DNA from: Escherichia phage vB_EcoP_Bp7
Sequence record: NC_079181.1
Direction: 5' to 3' (one strand)
Length of the DNA stretch: 52,615 bases
In this document: piece by piece, positions 26,350 to 36,180 of the stretch
Position numbering within the stretch: the first letter of the stretch is position 1
Layout: each line of letters opens with the position of its first letter
Notes under the pieces: generated by a model
The model's input: the letters and a program-made list of their open reading frames with translations, nothing else
The model's database searches: none
Told to the model about the DNA's origin: nothing
Program-made: the position numbers and the translations under genes

Positions 26350-26535
26350 ATGCGCACAATACAATGTCCTAACTGCCACTATGAAATTGCAGAAGATGAT
26401 TTCATAACGCAGCAATGTCCTATCTGTGATTCATATATGCCACTAAACCGCCTGTATTTAAAGGCCGATTCTGGTTTAGGCAGCATCATTCGCATCAATC
26501 CCGTGCAAACTCAGCCATTAGTGGATTGTGATTAA
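26350..26535 (+). CDS. zinc-ribbon protein (61 aa)
   Basis: CPNCHY ... CPICD pair of CxxC motifs. Confidence 0.45.
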   Translation: MRTIQCPNCHYEIAEDDFITQQCPICDSYMPLNRLYLKADSGLGSIIRINPVQTQPLVDCD

Positions 26536-28573
26536 AAACAAAGAGAACGAATCAATGTCAAAGACTGATGACCTCGGACCGGAGTTTAATGATACAGTAG
26601 CCTCGTATCTTGCCAAGCACTACGGTGACGTATTAAAAGTCTCAAGAGAAAGATTCTGTATTCTATCTTTGCCATTGCTCCGTCGATATATTTCAGAAAA
26701 TACTGCAATAGTTGACAGCTATGAAGAACAAATTCAAGCAGAGTTAGAAGGCCAGGGTCTTGAAAACGATGCTGTACTGCGTTCCGTTTTCAGAGCACAA
26801 CTTGAGCGTCTTCGCTCTGGCGACAAGAAAGACTCAACTGCCTATGCAGATGAGTTGAAGAAAGGTATTCAAGCAGGTGTTACTGACCGTGTTGCAGGTT
26901 CCACTTTGGAGGAACCAAACTCGGAACATGATAACACCGATGAACTTGTAGACAAGATTCTGCATGACCCACATAACGTGGACCCAACTGTAATCCCTGC
27001 CAAGGTTGCAGAACGTGTTCGCAAAATCTTGATGAAAAGTTTCGAAGCCTTTGGTAAATGGCAGTTCCATATCCAGATGGGATTTCCATTTCAAGCACAA
27101 GACTTTCACGATGTAATATTCAGTGTTGGTCAGAAGGTTGTTGATGGCGAGATTGACCGCTTAATAGTGACCATTCCTCCACGACACTCTAAGACACAGC
27201 TTATGAGTATTGCATTACCCTTGTATTCATTTTGCCACAATGAATCGAGCCATAACATTATCACCTCGTATGCAGAAGACGTTGTTCTTGAATCGAGTGG
27301 TTACATTCGTGCTGTAATGATGGACCCACTGTTCCAACGCATATTTCCGAAGGTGAGAATCGACCCCAACAAACGTTCACTTGAGCGCTGGGGTACAACC
27401 AAAGCTGGAGTTATGCACGCAGTACCTACTGGTGGTAAGCTAACTGGTAAAGGTGCTGGTCTTCTTGTTGCAAAATACTCCGGCTGTTTCGTGGTGGATG
27501 ACGTTATCAAACCGAAAGATGCCTACTCTGACACAGTTCGAGCAGAAATCAACGACCGATTTGATAACACCTTTATGTCCCGTCTTGCCAACGATGGTTG
27601 CATAACTGATTCGTACGGAAACCAAATTAAGTGCGCCCGTACACCAATGGTTATCATCATGCAGCGAGTTCATGACCAGGATTTAGTTGGTTACATACTC
27701 CGTGGTGGCTCTTCTGACAAATACCATTATCTCAATATCCCAGCGATTATTGAGAAAGGCGTTGGAAGTGCCGAATGGTATGATAAGTTAATCAAGAAGC
27801 AGAACTACACTCATGCCATTCCCATTCTGTACAATTTGAACAGGAAGGAAGAGAAGTCTGCATTATGGCCTTCACGTAAGAGCTTAGAATCTCTGGAGGC
27901 AATGAAAGAGTCTAACCCATACACATACAATTCACAGTATGCTGGCGACCCATCTGCACAAGGCCACGGCCTTATCAAAGAAGATTGGTGGCAAGAGTAT
28001 GAGCCAGACGTTTTCGACAGAAGTCGCATAGTCAGAAGTTTTATCACAGCGGATACGGCATCAACTGCCAAATCCTATTCTGATTATTCGGTCCTTAAGC
28101 ATTGGGGCGTGACTAAAGAGCGTGATGTTTATTGTTTAGATATTATGCTCGGTAAGTTTGAAACTCCAGAACTCAAGACTGCTATCATCGACTTCTGGAA
28201 CAAATGCAACAAGTTGGACTTGAAGTGTGTGGGTTGTATTCCTCGTGCATTGTACATGGAAGACAAGTCTGCCGGACAATTCTTGAACCAACAATTTATT
28301 AGAGATGGGAGTGTCCGAGTTTTACCGCTGCCTCGTGATGGCATCAATGGTAATGACAAGGTAACTCGATTCCTTAACGCAATCCCATATTTCTCGCAAA
28401 AGAGAATATTCTTCCCTGCTGGTCATGAACACATTGACCACGTTAGACGTGAAATACTTGGATTCACTTCTTTGGGTAGTGGTACTGGACACGACGATTG
28501 TGTCGATAACGTTTCAGATATGGTTGCAATCGAATTCTCAGGCCCAAGTGCCAACTACTCCGCATGGATGTAA
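26528..28573 (+). CDS. terL: terminase large subunit with ~190-aa N-terminal extension
   Basis: Walker A-like IPPRHSKT, Walker B-like CFVVDD, nuclease-domain motifs FITADTAS and GHDDCVDN; alternative ATG at 26555. Confidence 0.75.
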   Translation: MIKNKENESMSKTDDLGPEFNDTVASYLAKHYGDVLKVSRERFCILSLPLLRRYISENTAIVDSYEEQIQAELEGQGLENDAVLRSVFRAQLERLRSGDKKDSTAYADELKKGIQAGVTDRVAGSTLEEPNSEHDNTDELVDKILHDPHNVDPTVIPAKVAERVRKILMKSFEAFGKWQFHIQMGFPFQAQDFHDVIFSVGQKVVDGEIDRLIVTIPPRHSKTQLMSIALPLYSFCHNESSHNIITSYAEDVVLESSGYIRAVMMDPLFQRIFPKVRIDPNKRSLERWGTTKAGVMHAVPTGGKLTGKGAGLLVAKYSGCFVVDDVIKPKDAYSDTVRAEINDRFDNTFMSRLANDGCITDSYGNQIKCARTPMVIIMQRVHDQDLVGYILRGGSSDKYHYLNIPAIIEKGVGSAEWYDKLIKKQNYTHAIPILYNLNRKEEKSALWPSRKSLESLEAMKESNPYTYNSQYAGDPSAQGHGLIKEDWWQEYEPDVFDRSRIVRSFITADTASTAKSYSDYSVLKHWGVTKERDVYCLDIMLGKFETPELKTAIIDFWNKCNKLDLKCVGCIPRALYMEDKSAGQFLNQQFIRDGSVRVLPLPRDGINGNDKVTRFLNAIPYFSQKRIFFPAGHEHIDHVRREILGFTSLGSGTGHDDCVDNVSDMVAIEFSGPSANYSAWM

Positions 28574-28788
28574 ATATGGCGGTTATCACTCGTTTAGATG
28601 CCCGCTCACGCAAGAACAACTCCTTCCAGATTCAAGATTTGGAAGGAAACATTTTATGTGTGATTGAGGCAGTTTCTACCACAGAGAGCGACTGTGTTAA
28701 GTTAAAGCACGAGTCAAATCTGCGACTCCACACCTCCGACAACATTCAAATTGTTAAGGGTAATGGAACTATTCTAAGGAAGAAATAA
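28564..28788 (+). CDS. hypothetical protein (74 aa)
   Basis: ORF from the track, overlapping the terminase end. Confidence 0.35.
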   Translation: MDVNMAVITRLDARSRKNNSFQIQDLEGNILCVIEAVSTTESDCVKLKHESNLRLHTSDNIQIVKGNGTILRKK

Positions 28789-30104
28789 TGACTTCCAAGA
28801 AGAAAAATAATCTCTCTGTTAAAGTTGCAGATGGGTTAGAAAACCTTGTAACGGGGTTGGGCGGTCAGGCAGATAAGTCCACTTTTAACCAGTGGACTTT
28901 CTCAAACAAGAACGCGAACTATCGCGAACTTATGAACCGCTTCCGTGAGGATTGGGTGGCACAGAAAGTGTGTACCGTTATTCCTCAAGATATGACGCGT
29001 AAGTGGCGGCATATTGATACCGAAGAGGGACGCAAAGCGGATAAGAAACTTCGTATTCGTAAGCTGTTCCGTGAGGCGTATCAATGGGCCAGATTGTATG
29101 GGACTTCATTTGTTCTGCTCGACCTAAAAGGTACGGGCAAACTTGATACACCATTGCGACTGGATAACTTGAAGACTGGGTGTATTAAATCCATGAGAGT
29201 TATTGACCGCTCACGCTTATTCGCCGCAGGGACTATGGTTCTGGACCCTTTGAGTCCTCACTATGGTTTGCCAGAGTACTACACTTTGGCTGGGTATCCC
29301 GGCTATATCCATTACACTCGTTTCCTTCGGTTCGAGGGTACTGAACTGCCACTGTTCGAATTCCAACGTAACATGTGGTATTCCGATTCGGTACTTATTC
29401 CGCTGTTGAAAACGATTGACCAATTCTACACAACTGCCGCTGCTGCTGCCAGCCTTGCTCAAGAAGCCACAATTGATGTGGTAACTGTCGAAGGCTTACA
29501 ATCTTTGCTCACATCACCGGAAGGTGAGGCTGCTGTGATGAAGCGCTTCAAACTCATGAAGCTGGCAAAGAGTATTTATAACGTCTTAATTCTCGACAAT
29601 ACTGAGAAGTATGACACCAAGTCAATTGCACTGTCTGGTGTGAAAGATTTGATTTGGGAATACTTGAAGATAGTTGCTGCCGCAGTTGGTATTCCGGCTA
29701 CACGTTTCCTTTCTGCATCTCCAGACGGTATGAATGCTACGGGCGAATCTGACCTCGTAAACTATATCGACTTGTTGACTGGCTTGCAGACTTCTGTGTT
29801 TGACCCTCGTTTAGATGTGGTAGACAAGATTGTCCAGGCGCACTTTGGCATTGAAGAATATAACTACGAATGGTTAGACATCTTCCCTGAATCCAATGTT
29901 GAGAAAGCGAAGCGAGCTAAAGATTTGGCATTTGCTGTTGACCTGCTGGTTAACAACGGCACCATTACCACGGAAGTTGCAAACGAAGTCATGTTCCATT
30001 CGGGCGTGTTCGGAACTTGTGACCTTGGTAAGCCAAATCCTAATCCTCCTAACATCCAAAAGGGTAACGCAAGTGAAGCAAAACCAAAACCTGGTTCAGC
30101 TTAA
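28788..30104 (+). CDS. putative portal protein (438 aa)
   Basis: Position between terminase and head genes; AAGGA SD. No motif verified. Confidence 0.5.
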   Translation: MTSKKKNNLSVKVADGLENLVTGLGGQADKSTFNQWTFSNKNANYRELMNRFREDWVAQKVCTVIPQDMTRKWRHIDTEEGRKADKKLRIRKLFREAYQWARLYGTSFVLLDLKGTGKLDTPLRLDNLKTGCIKSMRVIDRSRLFAAGTMVLDPLSPHYGLPEYYTLAGYPGYIHYTRFLRFEGTELPLFEFQRNMWYSDSVLIPLLKTIDQFYTTAAAAASLAQEATIDVVTVEGLQSLLTSPEGEAAVMKRFKLMKLAKSIYNVLILDNTEKYDTKSIALSGVKDLIWEYLKIVAAAVGIPATRFLSASPDGMNATGESDLVNYIDLLTGLQTSVFDPRLDVVDKIVQAHFGIEEYNYEWLDIFPESNVEKAKRAKDLAFAVDLLVNNGTITTEVANEVMFHSGVFGTCDLGKPNPNPPNIQKGNASEAKPKPGSA

Positions 30105-31137
30105 CGACGAAGATACCGTGAATGAAGTAGTTTTGTTGAACGACAAGGCTACTTTGACGACCCGTCGTTTACGTGACTCTGGCGAAATGATTGCAGAATG
30201 CACCATCGCCCGTACTGGCATCATGCTGTACAAGGCGAAAGAACTTGGTGAAATTGCAAAACATCTGGACCCAGAATCTATTTGCCGTGTTCGTACCAAG
30301 CCGGAAGTATTATTTGACGAAGCAACCATCGAAGGCTGTCGTTCAATCCCGGTTACTATCGGCCATCCGAAAAATGATGTTAACATCAAGAACAACAAAG
30401 AACTCCAGAAAGGGTTCATCGAAGGGCGTCCAGTTGCAGACGGTTCTTTCTTAGCTGCATCAATCGTTTTGAATGACGAGCAAGCTATTCGATTAGTTGA
30501 TTCTGGTGTTGACCAAATCTCCTTGGGCCATAGTGCTGAACTGGCTGTATCAGAAGATGATGAAGCCGACTTCGATAAAGTTCGCATTATCCCTAACCAT
30601 GCTGCAATTGTTGTTCGTGGTCGTGCTCAGACTACTCGCATTGGTGACTCTGGTGAAGAGATTGCCATTGTTGATAAGGCAACCTTTGACGTTGTTGAAG
30701 CAGAGCGTGATGCAGCGCTTGACAAGATTAGTGTCCTTGAACAGAAACTTGCTGATGCAGAAACTGCACGACTATCCGATGAAGCTATTCAGGCTGAGGT
30801 AGACAAACGTGTAGTTGCTCGTACGGCATTGCTTGTTGATGTGGCCCGTCTTGGCGACGAGTTCTCCAACCTAGATTTCTCCGGCAAGACCGATGCAGAA
30901 ATTAAGTTGGCTGTAGTTAATAAATTGCATGACAAGGATTTCAGCGATAAGAGCGAAGACTATATCTCCGCCCGTTTCGATGCAGCTCTTGAAGATTGCG
31001 ATTCCATTACTTTGGGAGATGCCCTGAATCAGTCTATGCAATTCTCTGCTAAGAAAGATTCAGAAGCTCGTAAACCTAAAGTTTCTATTTCCGAAGAAGC
31101 TAACAAACGTCGTTTAGAACGCTTCAACTCTTTATAA
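30073..31137 (+). CDS. head morphogenesis protein (putative prohead protease/scaffold)
   Basis: Position upstream of capsid genes; acidic coiled-coil C-terminal half; probable GTG start at 30073 in frame with the 29896 track ORF. Confidence 0.45.
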   Translation: MKQNQNLVQLNDEDTVNEVVLLNDKATLTTRRLRDSGEMIAECTIARTGIMLYKAKELGEIAKHLDPESICRVRTKPEVLFDEATIEGCRSIPVTIGHPKNDVNIKNNKELQKGFIEGRPVADGSFLAASIVLNDEQAIRLVDSGVDQISLGHSAELAVSEDDEADFDKVRIIPNHAAIVVRGRAQTTRIGDSGEEIAIVDKATFDVVEAERDAALDKISVLEQKLADAETARLSDEAIQAEVDKRVVARTALLVDVARLGDEFSNLDFSGKTDAEIKLAVVNKLHDKDFSDKSEDYISARFDAALEDCDSITLGDALNQSMQFSAKKDSEARKPKVSISEEANKRRLERFNSL

Positions 31138-31146
31138 GGTAAGACA

Positions 31147-31620
31147 ATGCCAAAGCAAGATTGGTCTATTAATACTGGTGAAGCATATGCAGGTGAACAA
31201 TACGGCCTGGCTACCACCAACTCCCAGCGCCTGACTTACGTTGCCGAAGAAGAAATGGCAAACTTTGGTCTGGCTGTTGTTCAAGGCACGGCCTCTAATC
31301 AGGTTAAACCTGGTATTGAATCTGATGGCACTGTTCTGGGCATTACCATGCGCCAGATTAACATCGAATCTGCTACTCGTCCTGGTGACGGTACTGTTGC
31401 TATTAAAGTTGGCTGGCCTCTGGGCGTTATGCTGTCTGGCCCAATCATGGTCAAACTGAAAACCGCAATCACCGACAAGAACATCGGCGTATCCACTAAA
31501 GGTGAATTTGGTGGCGTTGGTGCTGGCTATACTAAGGCAACCAACCTGACTGCCCTGCGTTATCCGGCTTCCGCTGGTGATGTTGTCCCGGTCATGATTA
31601 ACGTAGTCCCAAAGCCGTAA
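31147..31620 (+). CDS. capsid-associated protein (decoration/cement-like), short form
   Basis: E. coli-like high-expression codons; lies just before the major capsid gene; ends 6 nt after the slippery heptamer. Confidence 0.6.
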   Translation: MPKQDWSINTGEAYAGEQYGLATTNSQRLTYVAEEEMANFGLAVVQGTASNQVKPGIESDGTVLGITMRQINIESATRPGDGTVAIKVGWPLGVMLSGPIMVKLKTAITDKNIGVSTKGEFGGVGAGYTKATNLTALRYPASAGDVVPVMINVVPKP

Positions 31621-31913
31621 CGCCACCTCCAGCTCCTACAGTATCTGCTGTAGCAGGAGTTGTAACTGCTGACGCATCTGTATCTGATGCCACTGTGACT
31701 GTGGACAAACTGTTTAAGTTTGAGAACTCCACAGCAACAGACTATCACTTCGCTGTTACACCTCCGGTGACTGGTGTTTCCGTGGCGGCAAACGGCACTG
31801 TGACTGTCCTGAATGAGACAACCACAGGTACTTCTGCGACAATCAAGGCAACAAATAAAACAGCATCTGGCGTAACTGCAACCAAAGAAATTACCATTAC
31901 GCCGAAGGCTTAA
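31602..31913 (+). CDS. -1 frame extension carrying a Pro-rich linker and Ig-like domain (frameshift product)
   Basis: Open -1 frame from 31602; slippery X_XXY_YYZ heptamer C_CCA_AAG at 31608-31614; extension encodes TPPPAPT linker plus a beta-rich Thr/Val domain; hairpin 31922-31942 follows its stop. Confidence 0.55.
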   Translation, partial: RSPKAVTPPPAPTVSAVAGVVTADASVSDATVTVDKLFKFENSTATDYHFAVTPPVTGVSVAANGTVTVLNETTTGTSATIKATNKTASGVTATKEITITPKA

Positions 31914-31935
31914 GTTGCACTGGCGCAATTAATAG

Positions 31936-32976
31936 TTGCGCCTAACCAAACAATATGGATTAAATTACATGCCTAAGATGATTAAACTGGCGGACGGTTC
32001 TGAATTCGAACTGAACGACGCTATCACCCGTATTCAGGATTCTGGCACTGTTGTCCTGAATGACGACGATGCAGTATTCTTTCAACGCCAGCTTGAGTAC
32101 ATTGAAGCTCAAACTTACGACACTCTGTATCCAGAACTGGAAGCTCGTGCTGCTTTCGGTGTGGACACTACTGGTGGTGCTGGCGTAAACACTCTGACCT
32201 ACCGTTCTTACAACCATGTTGGTAAAGCTCAGGTAATTAATGCCCGCGCAACCGACCTGCCGAAGTCCAGCATTTCTGGCAAAGAATACAGTATCCCTGT
32301 TAAATCTGTTGGTACTGCATTCGACTACGATATTGATGAAGTGGCATCCGCTGCTGTTACTGGCCTCCCGCTGGAAACTCGTAAAGCAAATGCTGCTATT
32401 CGTGGTTACGAACAGTATGTTAACTCTGCTGCATGGTACGGCGATAAAGCTAACGGCTTTGTTGGCTTCTTCGAAAACCCAGACATTACCAAAGCAACTG
32501 TTGCTGCTGGTGCTGGTGGTTCTACCAAGTGGGCTGAGAAGACCCCGACCGAAGTTATTGCTGACCTGACCACTGCTGTGTCTGCAATGTATGCTTCTAC
32601 TCTGAAAATCATGCGCCCAGACGAAATCTGGATGCCTGTTGAGCATGAGCAGTACATCTTCAACACTGCACGTTCTGAACAGTCTGACAAGACGATTGGT
32701 CAGTTCTTCATTGACAACAACCAGTTCATCAACTCCCGCGATAAAATCAAGGGTCTGAACGCAATCAAAGGTCACGGCGACGCTGGTTCTGATTGCTTCG
32801 TTGTTGTTTGCCGCAATGCAATGGGCAACCGTACTTTCCGTCTGCGTGAACCTCTGCCGCTGACCTGGCAACCGGTACAGCTTCATGGCCTGGTTTATGA
32901 AGTTCCTGGTCGTGGTCGTTTCGCTGGCTTCCAAGCGATGTATCCGGCAGCAATCTCCATCAACTCCGGCATCTGA
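31936..32976 (+). CDS. putative major capsid protein
   Basis: ~340 aa, E. coli-like high-expression codons, followed by a strong hairpin; start uncertain (31936 lies inside a hairpin; ATG 31969 or 31978 more likely). Confidence 0.6.
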   Translation: MRLTKQYGLNYMPKMIKLADGSEFELNDAITRIQDSGTVVLNDDDAVFFQRQLEYIEAQTYDTLYPELEARAAFGVDTTGGAGVNTLTYRSYNHVGKAQVINARATDLPKSSISGKEYSIPVKSVGTAFDYDIDEVASAAVTGLPLETRKANAAIRGYEQYVNSAAWYGDKANGFVGFFENPDITKATVAAGAGGSTKWAEKTPTEVIADLTTAVSAMYASTLKIMRPDEIWMPVEHEQYIFNTARSEQSDKTIGQFFIDNNQFINSRDKIKGLNAIKGHGDAGSDCFVVVCRNAMGNRTFRLREPLPLTWQPVQLHGLVYEVPGRGRFAGFQAMYPAAISINSGI

Positions 32977-32982
32977 TAAATA

Positions 32983-33002
32983 GGGCGGGACTGTTCTCGC
33001 CC
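32983..33002 (+). terminator. hairpin after the capsid gene
   Basis: GGGCGGGA-CTGT-TCTCGCCC 8-bp stem; no clear U-tract. Confidence 0.45.
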
Positions 33003-33022
33003 ATAACTTAAGAGAAATAGTA

Positions 33023-33463
33023 ATGCAGATTAAGAACAACGAATCACGCAACCTTCAATTCTTCTTCTACAAGAAGGGAAAGTCTGGCAAAGCTGAGCTG
33101 GACTTTGTTCACATTCCTGGTGGCGCAACTGTAGAAATCGACGATGAAATCTACAAATCTCTTACGGCATCTCTAACGGAAGTTGAAGAACTGCGCGAAG
33201 AAGTGGTTCCGCTTGATGACGAGAATATCGGTGCTTCTGTTAAGACCGGTAAAGAAGCTCTTGTCATTAAAGAGTATTACAGCACCGGCAAAACTCGCAA
33301 AGTCAACCTGGTTAAAGAGGCAATCAAAGCTGGCTCCCTTACCATTGTTGAACGTGTGAAAGTTGGTATGCCTGACATTGATGCCATCCTGACTAAGAAT
33401 GGTATTGATATTAAGGGCATGCCGGAAGACGTTAAACTGGCACTCTACGATAAGTTGGCGTAA
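33023..33463 (+). CDS. head/neck structural protein (146 aa)
   Basis: ORF with AGAG SD in the head-tail joining block. Confidence 0.5.
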   Translation: MQIKNNESRNLQFFFYKKGKSGKAELDFVHIPGGATVEIDDEIYKSLTASLTEVEELREEVVPLDDENIGASVKTGKEALVIKEYYSTGKTRKVNLVKEAIKAGSLTIVERVKVGMPDIDAILTKNGIDIKGMPEDVKLALYDKLA

Positions 33464-33853
33464 ATGATAACACTGACCGATTTGGTTAAACGTTATCCGG
33501 CAATGGCTGACATGACCCCAGAGCGTTTTGATATTTTAGTTGAAGATGCAAAACTTATCATGGGGACAATCGAATCGCGTTGGTGTGGGTTTTATGACCC
33601 AGCTATGGCATCACTCGTAGCGCATTGGTCTGCAACAATTGATGACTTAATGCCTGGTGATGCCGCAATGCCAGCTATGCCTGTTAGTCGTACCGATGTG
33701 GACGATGTTCAGGTAGAGTTCAGCGACCGAATCATCTCAACAATTCCTTATGTTGAGGCTGATTTCATGTCTACTGTGTACGGTCAACGTTACTTGCAAT
33801 GGCGGCGAATGGCATTTGCTGGGCCGAGGGTTAGCCCTGGGTCGCAGTTTTGA
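33464..33853 (+). CDS. head-tail connector/adaptor candidate (129 aa)
   Basis: Position; tightly packed with neighbours. Confidence 0.45.
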   Translation: MITLTDLVKRYPAMADMTPERFDILVEDAKLIMGTIESRWCGFYDPAMASLVAHWSATIDDLMPGDAAMPAMPVSRTDVDDVQVEFSDRIISTIPYVEADFMSTVYGQRYLQWRRMAFAGPRVSPGSQF

Positions 33854-34212
33854 TTAACCAGCGTCGAGCATTTAACCGCTACACAACCACTCGTATGTAT
33901 CTTGAGGTATATCAAGAAGGTTACTACGATGACAAAAATAATTGGGTTGGTGATTCATATGCTCCAAAGAAACCCATCCGATGTACTCCCATACCTTATG
34001 GTGACAGGGATTCTGGCGTAAGCGGCCAATCGCTTAAAGCCACAGAAGTCGGAGAGCGCCAACCTGCATTCATGCAAGTACATTCCCGAACTGAAATGCC
34101 GATGAAGTCTATCCTAACTATCTACGGCCTTCGTTATAAAGTCATTTCTGTTTCTGACTACAAGGCAGCTGGATTTTTCGAAGTCATTGCTGCTAAGGAG
34201 CTAGAGAAATGA
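33850..34212 (+). CDS. head closure / tail completion candidate (120 aa)
   Basis: Position; ATGA overlap. Confidence 0.45.
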   Translation: MINQRRAFNRYTTTRMYLEVYQEGYYDDKNNWVGDSYAPKKPIRCTPIPYGDRDSGVSGQSLKATEVGERQPAFMQVHSRTEMPMKSILTIYGLRYKVISVSDYKAAGFFEVIAAKELEK

Positions 34213-34721
34213 TTTACGATGAAGATATTCAGGCAATGAAGGATATTGTGGACGTCTGTGTTGGCGTCCCACGCTTCTCTTATGAGATGCAGATGAACGC
34301 ACCTCGACCATCTGATAACTATGCCGCAATAAAATGCGTGTCGTCAGTTAATCCAGGCTTTGATGAAACTCGAATCGAAGTACGCAATGGTGAGGAGGTA
34401 TTTGTTACGAGAGGGGTTCGAATCTTAACCTTCTATATTCTTTTCTCACGTCGTGGGAGTGAATATGTTAAGTTTGACAATTCCTTCTTCCGTCCAGATG
34501 TTCAGGCCATGCTCAAGAGTAAAGGCTTTGCAACACTTGACAAAAATCCACTGAATCTTGCCTCGTTAACTCTTGAGACTAATTGGGAATTCCGAGAAGG
34601 AATCCAAATCAAATTCAATGTTCTGCGTGAAGACGTAATGAGCATTGGAACAATGTCTGACGCCAGTGTTGGCGGCAAATTCTACGACGGTGGTGAACCC
34701 ATCCTAATTAAGGGAATCTAA
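34209..34721 (+). CDS. tail completion / neck candidate (170 aa)
   Basis: Position; ATGA overlap. Confidence 0.45.
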   Translation: MIYDEDIQAMKDIVDVCVGVPRFSYEMQMNAPRPSDNYAAIKCVSSVNPGFDETRIEVRNGEEVFVTRGVRILTFYILFSRRGSEYVKFDNSFFRPDVQAMLKSKGFATLDKNPLNLASLTLETNWEFREGIQIKFNVLREDVMSIGTMSDASVGGKFYDGGEPILIKGI

Positions 34722-36170
34722 ATGGCAATTCCAATTTCCGACATCATCCAGGTCAACATCGCGGTAAGTCCTAACGCTGTTGCCGTGGAAGGTTTTGGTC
34801 CTCTTCTGTTTCTGAGTAAAGAGTTTACTCCAACTCCGGGCGAAGCTGTTCCTGTTCGCCAGTATACTAGCATGGCTGCTGTATCTGCTGATTTCCCATC
34901 TGGTGAAATCTATCAAGCTGCATTAGCATGGTTCTCTCAGAAGCCAACTCCAAAGTATTTCCTCGTGGGTGCTATTACTCATGAAGATGTTACTCTGGCA
35001 ACTCCTGGTACTGTAACCGCATCTTCTGCTGCGACCCTGGAAACCATTAATGCAGTAACTAATGGTGTTCTGTCCATCAATATTAATGGCGTTGATAAGT
35101 CCACTGCACCTATCAACTTCTCGTCTGCAAAAGACTTTGCTGCTGCTGCATCAATGATTAATGCCGCATTTGTTGCTGCTGACATTCCTGCAACTGCTTC
35201 GCAGACCACAGGCACTTTCAAAATCACTACTAACGACACTGGTTCCACTGCTATCATTGGTAACGTGTATGGTTCTGCTGCTGAGGCATTTGAGTTAGAT
35301 TCTGCTTCAAGCCCTGTACATGTTCAAGGTACTGATGAAGTGTCTATCGGCACCGACCTGAATGCAATCTTGAACTCTGCGTTCGACTTCTTCTTTGTTG
35401 CTATTGACCGCAAATATCGTGGCAGTGCTGAGGGTAATAACCAGATGACTGTTGCTAAGTGGGCAGAAGCAAACGGCAAAGTGTTTGGTTGGGCCGATAG
35501 CGACCCGCAGATTCTGGTTCCTGGTGCTGAGTCTAGCTTTAAGCGTGCCAAAGAGCAGAACCTCCAACGTACTTTGTTGGTGTATGATGCGTCTGATAAT
35601 GGCGACGAATATCCAGAAGTTTCTATCCTGGGTCGTGCATCTACTGTTAACTTCAACGTTGCAAACTCCTCGCTCGTTCTGGCGTTTAAGCAAGGTCCAG
35701 CTATTAAGACTGCTGACTTGTCCCCGAACCAGCTTGCTGCACTTGAGCGTGTGAATGGTAACGCATTCATCAACGTTGGTGGGAACACCATGTTCTACAA
35801 CGGCAAGATGGCTGACGGTACTTGGTTCGATACCGTGCAGGGTGTTTCTTGGTTAACCTCCAAGATTCGTGCTAACGTGTTCAACCTGTTCTACACTTCC
35901 ACTACCAAGATTCCTTGGACAGACACTGGTGTTGCACTGGTGAACCAGCAAGTAACCCTGGCTCTGGAACTGGCAGTGACCAATGGTCTGATTGCCCCAG
36001 GTTACGACAATGAAGGCAACTTCTACCCTGATGGTTACAAAGTCTTGTCTACTGACTTGGCTCTTATGCAATCTCAGAAAGGTGCTCGTATCTGGGAAGG
36101 CACTTCCTTCATTGCAATTGGCTCTGGCGCATTGCAGGGTGCAGTTATCTCCGGCAACTTCGTTCAGTAA
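34722..36170 (+). CDS. putative tail sheath protein (482 aa)
   Basis: Size and position before a ~150-aa tube-like gene, chaperone-like gene and tape measure; high-expression codons. Confidence 0.5.
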   Translation: MAIPISDIIQVNIAVSPNAVAVEGFGPLLFLSKEFTPTPGEAVPVRQYTSMAAVSADFPSGEIYQAALAWFSQKPTPKYFLVGAITHEDVTLATPGTVTASSAATLETINAVTNGVLSININGVDKSTAPINFSSAKDFAAAASMINAAFVAADIPATASQTTGTFKITTNDTGSTAIIGNVYGSAAEAFELDSASSPVHVQGTDEVSIGTDLNAILNSAFDFFFVAIDRKYRGSAEGNNQMTVAKWAEANGKVFGWADSDPQILVPGAESSFKRAKEQNLQRTLLVYDASDNGDEYPEVSILGRASTVNFNVANSSLVLAFKQGPAIKTADLSPNQLAALERVNGNAFINVGGNTMFYNGKMADGTWFDTVQGVSWLTSKIRANVFNLFYTSTTKIPWTDTGVALVNQQVTLALELAVTNGLIAPGYDNEGNFYPDGYKVLSTDLALMQSQKGARIWEGTSFIAIGSGALQGAVISGNFVQ

Positions 36171-36180
36171 GGTGCGATAA

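Noticed and set aside
31960-33051. 363-aa ORF on the minus strand
   Set aside because: Lies entirely antisense to the putative major capsid gene, which has high-expression codon usage; no start signals. The same applies to other long minus-strand ORFs (20563..21258, 48165..48707, 49132..49749, 45169..45873, 30096..30587).
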